Of a DNA stretch of 64,000 bases, positions 36,917 through 46,870 are shown one piece after another. Under the pieces are notes generated by a model. That model was given only the letters and a program-made list of their open reading frames with translations, was not told the origin of the DNA and searched no databases. Position numbers and translations under genes: made by a program. The DNA is from a virus. The DNA is taken from IMG/VR virus record IMGVR_UViG_3300035698_022838, positions 98,881 to 162,880 of that record. The stretch is one strand, 5' to 3'. Position 1 is the stretch's first letter. Every line of letters begins with the position of its first letter.

Positions 36917-39714
36917 TTTTTTTTTGACTCAATGCTTTCAGTAACTGCGTCTTCACCTTCTTTAATACCATAGCCCATTTCTTTATTAACTTTTATGTTA
37001 ACATCGCCATCTGCACCTTTACTAGGAGCTTCTGCTAATTTCTGGTCTATTTTCATAACGTCAGGATTTTTAGCTTTACCTTTTACAGTTTTAGCATCAT
37101 ATTTAATTTCCTTACTTCCACCTGGGGCTTTAGCTAATTTCTGGTCAGTTTTTTCAAGATCAGATTCGCTAGTATTGTAACCCATTTCGTTATCAACTTT
37201 ATGAGTTAATGCTTTACCTTTCTCATCACCCGGTGCTGAAGCAAGCTCCTGATCAATCTTTATGATGTCAGGGTTATTAGATTTACCTTTTACAGTTTTG
37301 TTAGGATATTTGATTTCCTTACTTCCACCTGGGGCTTTAGCTAATTTCTGGTCAGTTTTTTCAAGATCCGATTCAGACATATCAGTTTTACCTTCCTCTG
37401 GTGCTACTGCTAAATTATCAGCTTTTTCTGCATTCTCTGCATTCTCTGCTTCTTCACTAACATTATAACCGATTTTACCACCAATGTCAGTTTTAACTTT
37501 TACTTCGAATTTAATATCTTTATTCTTGTCATCTGGAGTATCTTCAAGGTTTGCATCTTTAAGGTTTACTACATCTTTCTTACCATTCTTATCTTGTTCT
37601 TTAGTCTTAGGTGCAGCAGTTGTGCTTTTCTTTAAAGTAGCTGCTGGTTTTGGATCTGACGAAGTTGATTTCTTTTTAGCAGGAGCTTTTGCTAATTGCT
37701 GTTCTCCTTCTTTAACTACTTCTTCACCATCTTCTTCAGCATCTTCTTCAGCAGGCATTTCAACATTTACTTCTTCATCAGAAGGTGTTTCTGTTGGATC
37801 TTCAGCTAAAGCATCTTCAATATCAATAATATCTTCTGTTCTAAAATCACCAGTTCTTCCGTTATCCATCAATACTGTATAGTTACCAGTTGTACTATCA
37901 ACTGAAATTACTTTACCTGTATTTCCTGATTCCTTTACTTTAACATAAGCACCAATAGTAAATTTATCATCTTCGTTTATATCGATTTTTTCAACTTGAC
38001 CACTATCGATTTTTTCAATTTCTTCATTGATTGCTTTCCATTTATTTCTAAGAGTTCTTAATTCAGTCTCTAATAAACTTTGTGTTCTTTCAATTTCTTT
38101 TGAATTTGAATATAATGGATTGGTTTCGGTAAGTGTTTTAAGCTTGTTTATTTCACCTTCAACGATTGCAATATTTTCCATGATCTGTGATCTATCATTA
38201 AGCATAATAGACTTAATTTTAGATTCACCTTCTAAGAATTGCGTTAAACCTTCAGAAATATCATACTTAAGGAAGTCCTTAACCATATTTGTTGCTTGTG
38301 TCCCGTTTACATCGAATATTGAATTTTCATTCATAGATTCGTTGATCCTGTTCAAGTAAATTTTACCTGCCCATTTAATAAGGTTTATAGATGCACCTTC
38401 ATATAAGTTAGATATAAGTCTTTTTGCAAAGTCTAATTCAACAACTTTGTCATAATTCTCATATAATCTAATTACGTCAGCAACTGCTTGTGATTCATTT
38501 ACACCAAAGCTTCCTGAAATTTCTAATGCAATTTGACTTGCCAATTTGTTTCTATCTGCGGTTTGCAACTGTAAGTCTTTACTATAAAGATTTACTGTTT
38601 CATTTTCTTCTATAATTCTAAATGACTTCGATCCAACATAAATACTTAGCCCTTGCTCGTTAACTTTAACTGCTGGAGAATAGAATGAAACCAATAAAGC
38701 TCTAAATTCTTCTGGTAACTCATCATATTCATTTTTCTTCAATCTTTTAATTGTTTCTTCGCTACCCTCAAAGATATTGTTTCCTATAGTGAACACAGTT
38801 TTACCACCGCCAACTAATACTGGTGAGAATATTCTTTTCACCTGTGAATTACCAACATTAACTGGAATATTTAGTTTATCACTGTCGTTTTCCATCAATG
38901 CTAATGTATTAACAAGATTTCTAACTACAGGATTGAATGACCAACGTGTAATTTCTTTATTAAGTAAGGAAACTGATTTGTTCTCTGCAACCAACCATTT
39001 ATTCAGAGATTCTGTTACCGGAGAATAAAAATCTGCTCCTGCATTTTGCTCAATAGCATAGATCGCTTTTGAAACTTCAATTTCAGGTTTTAAAGTATTA
39101 ATCTTTTCTGAAATTTCTTTATGTGTAGCTTTGATTCCATCATCCCAAGTAAAATTAGAAAATTCGGTAACAAATGCTTCTGCAACTAAATACTCTGGTA
39201 AATTAGTAGTCTTGATTAAATGTACGTATTTTTCACAAAGTACTTTAATATTAGGATGCTCGTAAATACCCTTACTTTGTAAGCTTACTATAGCCTCATA
39301 TACACCAAGATCATTCACACCTTGTGATGTAACAAATGCTTTTGCAGCACCATCATCAACATTGGCTAAACTTTCCGATATATTTTCGGTTTCTTTTTTA
39401 GGCTCATCTTTTTGACCTTCGATATAAGATCCTGACGTCTTTTGAGCACGTGAGTCAATACCTCCCCAAGATTCCATAAGTCTTTGTGCAGCAGCTTTAG
39501 ATCTATCTAGCTCCTCATTTCTTATTGTTTCTAACGGGTTCGTTTCTTTAGGTGTTGGTTCCATATTCTCTATATTTTTTACAGACTCGAGTAATTCTGT
39601 TTCGTTAATTGGTTTACCACTCTTGATCTCTTGTATGTGAGATTCACAGATAGTTTTTACATCTGGTGATTTGGTAGTGTCCCTTAATATTTCTAATTGG
39701 TTGAGCAAATTCAT
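36913..39714 (-). CDS. Large acidic prohead-core-like protein
   Basis: Many INE/LLE/ISE/VKE sites, coiled coil, KOW-like segment, LAxAP repeats; late motif at 39739-39746. Confidence 0.6.
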   Translation of the reverse strand: MNLLNQLEILRDTTKSPDVKTICESHIQEIKSGKPINETELLESVKNIENMEPTPKETNPLETIRNEELDRSKAAAQRLMESWGGIDSRAQKTSGSYIEGQKDEPKKETENISESLANVDDGAAKAFVTSQGVNDLGVYEAIVSLQSKGIYEHPNIKVLCEKYVHLIKTTNLPEYLVAEAFVTEFSNFTWDDGIKATHKEISEKINTLKPEIEVSKAIYAIEQNAGADFYSPVTESLNKWLVAENKSVSLLNKEITRWSFNPVVRNLVNTLALMENDSDKLNIPVNVGNSQVKRIFSPVLVGGGKTVFTIGNNIFEGSEETIKRLKKNEYDELPEEFRALLVSFYSPAVKVNEQGLSIYVGSKSFRIIEENETVNLYSKDLQLQTADRNKLASQIALEISGSFGVNESQAVADVIRLYENYDKVVELDFAKRLISNLYEGASINLIKWAGKIYLNRINESMNENSIFDVNGTQATNMVKDFLKYDISEGLTQFLEGESKIKSIMLNDRSQIMENIAIVEGEINKLKTLTETNPLYSNSKEIERTQSLLETELRTLRNKWKAINEEIEKIDSGQVEKIDINEDDKFTIGAYVKVKESGNTGKVISVDSTTGNYTVLMDNGRTGDFRTEDIIDIEDALAEDPTETPSDEEVNVEMPAEEDAEEDGEEVVKEGEQQLAKAPAKKKSTSSDPKPAATLKKSTTAAPKTKEQDKNGKKDVVNLKDANLEDTPDDKNKDIKFEVKVKTDIGGKIGYNVSEEAENAENAEKADNLAVAPEEGKTDMSESDLEKTDQKLAKAPGGSKEIKYPNKTVKGKSNNPDIIKIDQELASAPGDEKGKALTHKVDNEMGYNTSESDLEKTDQKLAKAPGGSKEIKYDAKTVKGKAKNPDVMKIDQKLAEAPSKGADGDVNIKVNKEMGYGIKEGEDAVTESIESKKN
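37106..37368. repeat. 207-bp period internal duplication (56-bp exact core at 37106-37161 and 37313-37368)
   Basis: SESDLEKTDQKLAKAPGGSKEIKY occurs twice. Confidence 0.9.
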
Positions 39715-39807
39715 TTTTTACTTAGTTTTTTTACTTATTATATATCTCCACAGAAAGGGAAACTTTTCTATTATATATTCATTTCTTATCTTAAAACTTC
39801 AAGTTTA

Positions 39808-40353
39808 TTATCTCGCAACAAGAATTTCTAATTTTACATCAATATCTGAGTGAGGATTTGTAAAGACTATACCTCCATCTGTATACGGTAATGTATCCTC
39901 TGATAAGTTCCATCCGGTTTTTTCTGAATCAGTAGAACCAACCTTACTACCACTTAAAACCATTAAATCTCCAATGTTATAAGTAAATCCTTGATATGTC
40001 CAATAGATATATTTCTTGGTTTGTGCAATACCATTACTAGGTGTTGGTGTTCCAGGGATTATTGGAACTTGCGAACCATAAATTAAAGAATTAACTGGTT
40101 CTGGATATTTTACCTTAACAGCAATCCATTTAACATATCCATTCTCATCACCTAAGTCAGTTTGACTTATTTTTATATTTTTTTCTGCTTTTAATGTGAC
40201 TCTGAGTCTAGAATAAGCTACTACCTCATCTAACATATCTCTGAAATCAAAGAATGTTATTTTATTATTATCTTCTTCTAATACGAATTTATCTCGAAAG
40301 AAGATGAAACCGTCTTGGTTTCCTGCTGCACATGTTATAGGTCTTGTTGCCAT
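39808..40353 (-). CDS. Putative structural protein (paralog of 40353-41024)
   Basis: Shared YW.Y.G, MVLSG, GW, GGIVFTNP..VKLEIL. Confidence 0.65.
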   Translation of the reverse strand: MATRPITCAAGNQDGFIFFRDKFVLEEDNNKITFFDFRDMLDEVVAYSRLRVTLKAEKNIKISQTDLGDENGYVKWIAVKVKYPEPVNSLIYGSQVPIIPGTPTPSNGIAQTKKYIYWTYQGFTYNIGDLMVLSGSKVGSTDSEKTGWNLSEDTLPYTDGGIVFTNPHSDIDVKLEILVAR

Positions 40354-41024
40354 TAGCTTGCTGTAAGTATTGTTAATTTTACTGGATATTCAGTTGGGTT
40401 TGAAAATACAAATCCACCGGTTGCTGCACCCGTATAACCTACTTGTTCTGAAACATCGGGGTGTACTTCCCATCCTTTCCAAGTATATCCATTTTTTACT
40501 TGACCGGTTAAAACCATGAATTTGCCCATTACATATCTTTCTATTCCCTTGTAATGCCAATATAATATTTCTTGATCCTCCGTTGCTTCTGCATTATATT
40601 CGGCAGTTGCCATCAATAACCCAACCTCACCTAAAGTAGTATCAAAATCCCCGGGATCTAAATTAATAGAACTTTCTGTTCCAATTACAAATGTTTGTTT
40701 TTGGTAACCGGAAAAATCTTGTACAGGATAGAAAAAATCAACAAGATCAAGCTTTTCCATAGTATCTGCTTGTTTTATAACATTCAAAGAACTATTAAAG
40801 ATCCTTGCTTCATGTGGATCATTGTAATTACAAAAGGTCAAATTTACTCTTTTTAAAGAGCCTGCGGTACTAGCTATTAATGTATATTCAGTCTCAAATG
40901 GACCACTATGTCCTGAACTAAGTCCAGAAACACCATCACCTTCGCCAAAATGAGGAAATGCTCCAGTGCCCGCCGATGCATCACCACCATAAATATTTAG
41001 ATTATCACCTGTTATATCGCTCAT
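40353..41024 (-). CDS. Putative structural protein
   Basis: YWHYKG, MVLTG, GW, GGFVFSNP..VKLTIL. Confidence 0.65.
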   Translation of the reverse strand: MSDITGDNLNIYGGDASAGTGAFPHFGEGDGVSGLSSGHSGPFETEYTLIASTAGSLKRVNLTFCNYNDPHEARIFNSSLNVIKQADTMEKLDLVDFFYPVQDFSGYQKQTFVIGTESSINLDPGDFDTTLGEVGLLMATAEYNAEATEDQEILYWHYKGIERYVMGKFMVLTGQVKNGYTWKGWEVHPDVSEQVGYTGAATGGFVFSNPTEYPVKLTILTAS

Positions 41025-41791
41025 TATTCTATTTTTGTTGGATCCTGTGATGATTTAGGAATTATCCCAGGTCTGTCTCTATTTACGTCCTTATTACTAT
41101 TTGTATTTACAATAGCAGGTATAGGGACATTCTCTACATCTGGCAGAGGGGTTTCAGTTTGGGTTATCATTTCGACACTTTCATCAAATTTATGAATTAA
41201 TGGCTCACTAATGTCTACTACATCTTTTTCTTGGTCTACTAATAACGGCTCGCTAATATCAACTGGTGCTTCAACAACTTCTACCAGTTTCTCATCTTCA
41301 TCAGTATCCTCAGCGTCTATGCTATCGAGTAAATCTCTCTGAACTTCTGAATCAGGTCTTATATAATCAACTAATGCTTTTATGAATCCTAATGCAACCA
41401 ATGGTAATATAGCACCACTAACATAGGAAAGTATACGCTTCTGATATATTAAATCTTCTTCGAATAATCCAAATAACTCAACCCATCCGCTAAAATCAGC
41501 TAGATTAACGTATGCATAATATGTATTTCCCATAGCCTGCATGCCCGTAAGTACAAAAAATAAGGCCCACACTAGAGTTTTATTCATCTTATCCATAGCA
41601 ACAATAGCTGCTAATGATGCTGCTGCTCCAATCTCGAATGCAACAGCTAATGTTATCGCAAGCCATTTAGGATTTGATAATTCGAAGAATGATACTACAT
41701 GAATAGTAGATATAATTGAAACCATTAAATATAATGAAACAAAGATCCCTATTATAAACTTATTTACTATTTCTGCTTTTTTATTTCTCAT
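41024..41791 (-). CDS. Multi-pass membrane protein (about 4 TM) with an acidic tail
   Basis: Four hydrophobic stretches in the first 145 aa. Confidence 0.75.
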   Translation of the reverse strand: MRNKKAEIVNKFIIGIFVSLYLMVSIISTIHVVSFFELSNPKWLAITLAVAFEIGAAASLAAIVAMDKMNKTLVWALFFVLTGMQAMGNTYYAYVNLADFSGWVELFGLFEEDLIYQKRILSYVSGAILPLVALGFIKALVDYIRPDSEVQRDLLDSIDAEDTDEDEKLVEVVEAPVDISEPLLVDQEKDVVDISEPLIHKFDESVEMITQTETPLPDVENVPIPAIVNTNSNKDVNRDRPGIIPKSSQDPTKIE

Positions 41792-42101
41792 TTTCCTTTA
41801 TCTTTTCCTTAATTTCAGATAATGATATTCTCTTGTGATCGAAGTCATCTTCATATATTAAAAACTCGAACATAACAACTGTCATCTCCTTTCTCATTTC
41901 TTCTTTGTTTAGAGTATGGGTACTAATATATGTATTTAACGAATCGATTTTTTCATTAGCTTTTACTAATTCAGTCTTGATAGCTTTGTCCTCTTTGTTA
42001 ATTTTATCCATATCTCGATTAGCTCCGCACTGACGGAAAAATATTAATATGAGAAATGCCAAAACTACAAAGTGAAAATTTTCTTTTATCTTTTGAACCA
42101 T
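41781..42101 (-). CDS. Membrane-anchored coiled-coil protein
   Basis: FVVLAFLILIFFRQC followed by heptads; late motif at 42125-42132. Confidence 0.7.
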   Translation of the reverse strand: MVQKIKENFHFVVLAFLILIFFRQCGANRDMDKINKEDKAIKTELVKANEKIDSLNTYISTHTLNKEEMRKEMTVVMFEFLIYEDDFDHKRISLSEIKEKIKENEK

Positions 42102-42154
42102 AATTTTAATGTTTAATGTTTAACTATATATCCACTTTAAAAAAGTTTACCTAC

Positions 42155-42188
42155 AAAAAAAGCATCCTCTGACTTAAGAGAATGCTTT
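42155..42188 (-). terminator. Intrinsic terminator
   Basis: aaagcatcctct...agagaatgcttt with U-tract. Confidence 0.65.
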
Positions 42189-42222
42189 AGTACTAATACG
42201 ATAATTATAATAAAGAGCCTTA

Positions 42223-42744
42223 TTAGGCGGTTTTTAATCCTTGCTTAGCTGCATTTAACTCAACCTCTAGTTCATTGATATATTTAGTATCTTGATCTAT
42301 TGCATTTTTCGCACCTTCGAATGGTTTTAGCATATTAACGAATTCATTTGCTTTATCTAAACCAACTCCTTTGGCTTTAGATATGAAATAGTGACTTGCT
42401 CTTATTTCATTAGCATTAAGATAAATGATGAAATCTTTTGTTACTTCCTTAATCGCTTCACGATATGATTTAGAAATCTGTATAATACCAAGAGCTTCCC
42501 TGTTATTCCATTCTGCTTCATTTTCAATGAAGATTATAAAGCTTTCCATTGACGCATTACTTTCGAATTGTAACGTATATACTTTATCCTCAAGTTTTTC
42601 CTTAGCGTCTGCTAATTCTTTTTCTGCTGCTTTTATTTTATTCTCATCTAGCTTATCAACTAAACCACCTTCTAAGTCTTCTGGTTTAATTTTTACTACC
42701 TTTCCTTTAGGTAGTGTTTTATTTGATTTTTTCTTTTCTGCCAT
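42223..42744 (-). CDS. Hypothetical helical protein
   Basis: 173 aa; GAAAC-N17-TAAAAT upstream. Confidence 0.7.
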   Translation of the reverse strand: MAEKKKSNKTLPKGKVVKIKPEDLEGGLVDKLDENKIKAAEKELADAKEKLEDKVYTLQFESNASMESFIIFIENEAEWNNREALGIIQISKSYREAIKEVTKDFIIYLNANEIRASHYFISKAKGVGLDKANEFVNMLKPFEGAKNAIDQDTKYINELEVELNAAKQGLKTA

Positions 42745-42791
42745 TGTAATATTTATTTATAATTTTATCAATTTATAGGATTTTGTTTCAT

Positions 42792-43592
42792 CTACACATT
42801 GAAAATATCAGTATTTTCTCTGTTATTCTGTAAATAAACTTTAAGTCTCTCCCTGAAATCTTTTATTGGTATTATTTTACCTTCATCATGAGGCCCAAGA
42901 TATGCAAGAAATCCACCATGTGTTTCCATCCCTGTCTGATCTTCAATGATTAATCTATATAAGCTTATTTGTATAGAATATAAGTTTATTGAATTCTCCC
43001 ACAGATCAGCAAATGGATGTAATAGTTTCTTATATTTACTTTTTGGATGCTTATCGTCTTTAAACTCTTTATCAGTTTTCCAATCTGCAATTAACAATAA
43101 GACCTTTTTATCCTTCGTATCCCAAAGCAAAAAAGGTTGATCTATCGTTCCAGCAAGTTTCCATCTCTTAGAAAATATTTTAAGTTCTGGATATATCGGA
43201 ATTAGATTCTTAAGTTTAGCTTCATATAAACGCATAAACTTTAACACTCTCTTCTTAAATTCAGATTCCTCCTCTGGAATTTCTGGATTTAAACCATTCC
43301 AGAAATCTTCTATCCAGGCGTGTACTTTGGACCCAAGTGTAGTTCCAATAAGAGCTTTTGCATCCCATTCAGCTGCAATAACAGAAACATCCACGTTTCT
43401 TTCTCTTGCTTTACGAGGCAACCAATAGTCTCTATCAAAAGGAACTTTAAATCTATCTTTAAATGTTGTTACTGATTCAAACTTCACACCATCATAATGA
43501 TATTCATGTTCAGCTTCAGCAAACGTAAACTTTGAATCGAAAAAAACTGCAAAGTTAAATTCATATTCTTGTTTTAGATGACTTATATCCAT
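42792..43592 (-). CDS. PD-(D/E)XK exonuclease
   Basis: SVTT, GSKVH, PELKI, AGTID, DWKT, YSIQISLY. Confidence 0.85.
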   Translation of the reverse strand: MDISHLKQEYEFNFAVFFDSKFTFAEAEHEYHYDGVKFESVTTFKDRFKVPFDRDYWLPRKARERNVDVSVIAAEWDAKALIGTTLGSKVHAWIEDFWNGLNPEIPEEESEFKKRVLKFMRLYEAKLKNLIPIYPELKIFSKRWKLAGTIDQPFLLWDTKDKKVLLLIADWKTDKEFKDDKHPKSKYKKLLHPFADLWENSINLYSIQISLYRLIIEDQTGMETHGGFLAYLGPHDEGKIIPIKDFRERLKVYLQNNRENTDIFNV

Positions 43593-44050
43593 GAAAACAT
43601 TCCTATTATAAATTCAGTAATAGGAGTCCAATTACGATAAAGATATATTATAGTAATAATTTCACCAATAAATCTAATTAACCACCACCAGGTGAAATTT
43701 CTAAATAAAAATGAATAATAATATAAATATGATTCATCGTTCGTATGTTTAACAGGTCTCATCGAAGGTACGATAAGCTCTTGTAGATTAAGTTTAGTTA
43801 GATAATCATTTGCTGGATGCATCTCCTCGAAAACATACGCAGGACGAGATGCAACAGGGAAATCTCTAGACATAGTAACCTCTGGAGGAAGATTTACGAT
43901 AGTGTAAATTCTTTTGAACCAATCAAGTCTTAATTTTAGCTTAGCCCAAACTGGAGAGTTTTGAGACTCTAATTTAACAATCTGGCAATATTTGGAATAA
44001 AGGATAATATCCTTTATTATCTTCGGTAATCTTAAAATGGCTAACCACAT
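43583..44050 (-). CDS. Hypothetical membrane-anchored protein
   Basis: C-terminal hydrophobic segment. Confidence 0.6.
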   Translation of the reverse strand: MWLAILRLPKIIKDIILYSKYCQIVKLESQNSPVWAKLKLRLDWFKRIYTIVNLPPEVTMSRDFPVASRPAYVFEEMHPANDYLTKLNLQELIVPSMRPVKHTNDESYLYYYSFLFRNFTWWWLIRFIGEIITIIYLYRNWTPITEFIIGMFSWI

Positions 44051-44056
44051 ATAATT

Positions 44057-44689
44057 TTATATTTTTATTGAAGAATTACGATTAGCTTTTTTAGCTGCAT
44101 CCTCCATTGTCTTCTTAATTTTAGTTCTAGCTCTACGTATTCTTGTAGCTATAGTTCTCTTCTTTTCTCCATATTTATCCGCAATATCTTTATATTTCAT
44201 GCCATGTATCTCTCGATCGATCATAATGTCTTTATATAGAGGGAGTAAAGCATTAATTTCATCAACTGCTTTATCATATACATCATCCACAGTTGACCCA
44301 CCAGATAAAAACTCCCATAATGGATCTTCATCAGGTTCGTATGTATTATTTTTGTCGACCTCTTTACTTGATACATATTCTATTTCCTCTGCAGATTTTG
44401 AAATATAACGTATTCTACTTTTTATCAATAGTAATGATTCATTTCTTGCAATATTATAACACCACGTAGAAAAGTTACCTCTCTCGCTGTCATATTGATC
44501 TATCTTTTGCCAAATTTTTGACATCGTATTTAGGAATGCATCTTCTGCTAATTCAAAATCTTTGAGATATGAATAACAATGGTTTAAAACCCCTGGTTTT
44601 ATTCTCACAAACAATGCATTGAAATCCCTCTGAGTACGAGTTTCTATAAAATTTTCCGCTAGCATTTGAATATTTTTTTCTTTACCCAT
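44057..44689 (-). CDS. Phage sigma-70 (ECF-type) factor
   Basis: Region 2 AEDAF...YDSERGNFSTWCYNIARN; region 4 GMKYKDIA...TIATRIRRAR. Confidence 0.9.
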   Translation of the reverse strand: MGKEKNIQMLAENFIETRTQRDFNALFVRIKPGVLNHCYSYLKDFELAEDAFLNTMSKIWQKIDQYDSERGNFSTWCYNIARNESLLLIKSRIRYISKSAEEIEYVSSKEVDKNNTYEPDEDPLWEFLSGGSTVDDVYDKAVDEINALLPLYKDIMIDREIHGMKYKDIADKYGEKKRTIATRIRRARTKIKKTMEDAAKKANRNSSIKI

Positions 44690-45299
44690 TTAGTAACCCT
44701 TTAGTTTTTATTAAATTATCTGAAATTCGCACAATTTCTATACCCGCTTCATATAGAAATCTTATAGATTCAGTTTTTCTGTATAAATTTTTAAACACAA
44801 CCCTTTTAATTCCGGATTGTATTATTAATTTTGAACACTCGAAGCACGGAGAAACCGTAACATAAAGAGTGGAGCCATCAGAGCTTTGTGTACCCTTAGC
44901 TATTTTAGTAATAGCATTAGCTTCCGCATGTAATACGTATTGTAACGTATTATTCTCTTGGTCTTCGCAATCATTAGCAAAGCCAACAGGAGGACCATTA
45001 TACCCGTCGGATATTATGGATTTATTTTTTACTATCAGACTTCCCACTTTATTCCTTTTACAATAAGAATTTTCTGACCATACATCTGCCATTTTTAGAT
45101 AGACAGTATCCATTTTTCTATCCTTTCTGGAGTAAAAAGTTTCGTCTAAATTCCGAATATAATCACCAGAGACTATAAACAATCTATTTAACTTTGGTTT
45201 CAGTATCCACATTTCCTTAGATACTAGATTTTTTTCTGGGTCGAGAAGTGCATCAATCGGTAATACCGATATTACATCAACCCCAGTAGATTTTATCAT
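44682..45299 (-). CDS. dCMP deaminase
   Basis: GYNG, HAEANA, SPCFEC. Confidence 0.92.
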   Translation of the reverse strand: MIKSTGVDVISVLPIDALLDPEKNLVSKEMWILKPKLNRLFIVSGDYIRNLDETFYSRKDRKMDTVYLKMADVWSENSYCKRNKVGSLIVKNKSIISDGYNGPPVGFANDCEDQENNTLQYVLHAEANAITKIAKGTQSSDGSTLYVTVSPCFECSKLIIQSGIKRVVFKNLYRKTESIRFLYEAGIEIVRISDNLIKTKGLLNG

Positions 45300-45342
45300 A
45301 GAATTTCTTCACTTATATATTATACACTACTATCGCTAAGTG

Positions 45343-45350
45343 CAAATGTA
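45343..45350 (-). promoter_or_regulatory. Bacteroidota-type -7 element TACATTTG upstream of the dCMP deaminase-sigma operon
   Basis: Matches TAnnTTTG. Confidence 0.5.
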
Positions 45351-45393
45351 ATACTATTTATCGGCAATAAAAAATATAAAGTGTTAATATACG

Positions 45394-46830
45394 TTAAAAT
45401 TGATTTGTCTCCGGTCTATATGGTTGGTCAGAAGCAATATTGAGTGGACTACTCAATGACCTATTTATAGCAACTAATAGAGATTTTATATCCTGTAAGT
45501 CCTTAGCTGTTATTGGGTTTACTTGCTCAACCGGTTTATCTTTCTTTTTCTTTCTTCTTTGTTCCTTAGGTGCATTTGTTTCAGTAACATTATTTGAATT
45601 ATTTACTGAAGCTTCCTTAGGTTTAGAAGTTTCTTGTTCTATGTCATCATTTTTAGCTGGTTGCTTTTTCTCAACCATAGGTTTCAGTGCATCTACACTT
45701 CTATCAAGTACAGCATTTTCAGTTTTCATTTCTTGTTTACTGTCCTCGCGGTTAATTTTATCTAGGGTTTTTATATTTTTACTCTTAAGTTCTTGTGTTT
45801 GAGTAGGATTTGATGTCTCTGGTGTATCAAGATAACTTGATGTTAGCATACTCAGCTCAGGCGATAGTGATTCAACACTTGCCTTTTTAGTATCAGTTGT
45901 TATATCTTTAAAGAGATCTTTTGATTTCTTTGCAAGTTTAGATAAAAATCCACCCTTTTGCTTCCTTTCTGTTACTATACCATCTGTTGTTTCGATGTTC
46001 TTATTAACTGGTTCATTAAGCTTTACTACGTCCTCTTGTGTAAAAGTTTCTCTATTATATTCATTCACGTAGTAATCAACGTCATCCTTTAATTGATCTG
46101 GATCATCTTTTAAACTTGGATCTTCCTTTATTAATCTTTCCCTCTCTAGATTAATCTCATTTTCACTGGGTCCGCTTTTATCCTTTATTGCAAGGGTGGG
46201 TTCATCAGTCATTACTTCATCTTTTACATCAGGTATCTCATTCAAAGATTCTTGTACTGTCTCGTTTTGAACACCTTTGGATTTCTTATTATCAGCAAGT
46301 TCGTCTTCAAACATTTGCTGTTCAATAGTCCTAACATTATCACCTTTTTCCAATTCAACAAGTTCAGGTCCGCCTTCACCAACTATAACAGATCCTTCTT
46401 CTTCTATTTCTCCACCTTCTTCTAAACCAGGTATAGCTTTAGCAGCTTTACTTATTGAATCCTTAATCTTATTGTTTTTGAAAATATCACTAAATTTAGA
46501 ATCAGCTTTAACCTTAGCAATGTTAGTAGGTATACTAGATTCCATAGTCTTCGAAACCATATCCTTTATACCTTCATTACTATCGCTCATTATTTTCTCG
46601 AATGACTTAGTAAGGTTATCAAATAGTTTTTCTTCTGGTTTATTATGATTGACTATATCGGGTCTATTAGAATCAGTTCTATCTTTTTCTATATTATCAG
46701 TTAGGTTGCTTACGTTTTCAGCAACCTCTTTATTTGATTTTACACTATCCTTAAGTTCTTTAGCTAGTACATCCATATTAGATGTAAGATCCGAAAGTTC
46801 TTTTAGTATTTTTCTTGTATTGTTAGCCAT
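45394..46830 (-). CDS. Tape-measure/baseplate hub-like protein
   Basis: PGLEEGG..IVGEGGPELV motif typical of tape-measure C-termini; follows the tube and hub genes. Confidence 0.5.
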   Translation of the reverse strand: MANNTRKILKELSDLTSNMDVLAKELKDSVKSNKEVAENVSNLTDNIEKDRTDSNRPDIVNHNKPEEKLFDNLTKSFEKIMSDSNEGIKDMVSKTMESSIPTNIAKVKADSKFSDIFKNNKIKDSISKAAKAIPGLEEGGEIEEEGSVIVGEGGPELVELEKGDNVRTIEQQMFEDELADNKKSKGVQNETVQESLNEIPDVKDEVMTDEPTLAIKDKSGPSENEINLERERLIKEDPSLKDDPDQLKDDVDYYVNEYNRETFTQEDVVKLNEPVNKNIETTDGIVTERKQKGGFLSKLAKKSKDLFKDITTDTKKASVESLSPELSMLTSSYLDTPETSNPTQTQELKSKNIKTLDKINREDSKQEMKTENAVLDRSVDALKPMVEKKQPAKNDDIEQETSKPKEASVNNSNNVTETNAPKEQRRKKKKDKPVEQVNPITAKDLQDIKSLLVAINRSLSSPLNIASDQPYRPETNQF

Positions 46831-46870
46831 TAATTAATCTAATATTTCATTGTATATATATCCAGATTAC

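Noticed and set aside
42792-43592. Cas4/CRISPR system
   Set aside because: Stand-alone PD-(D/E)XK nuclease with no Fe-S cysteines, no cas genes and no array
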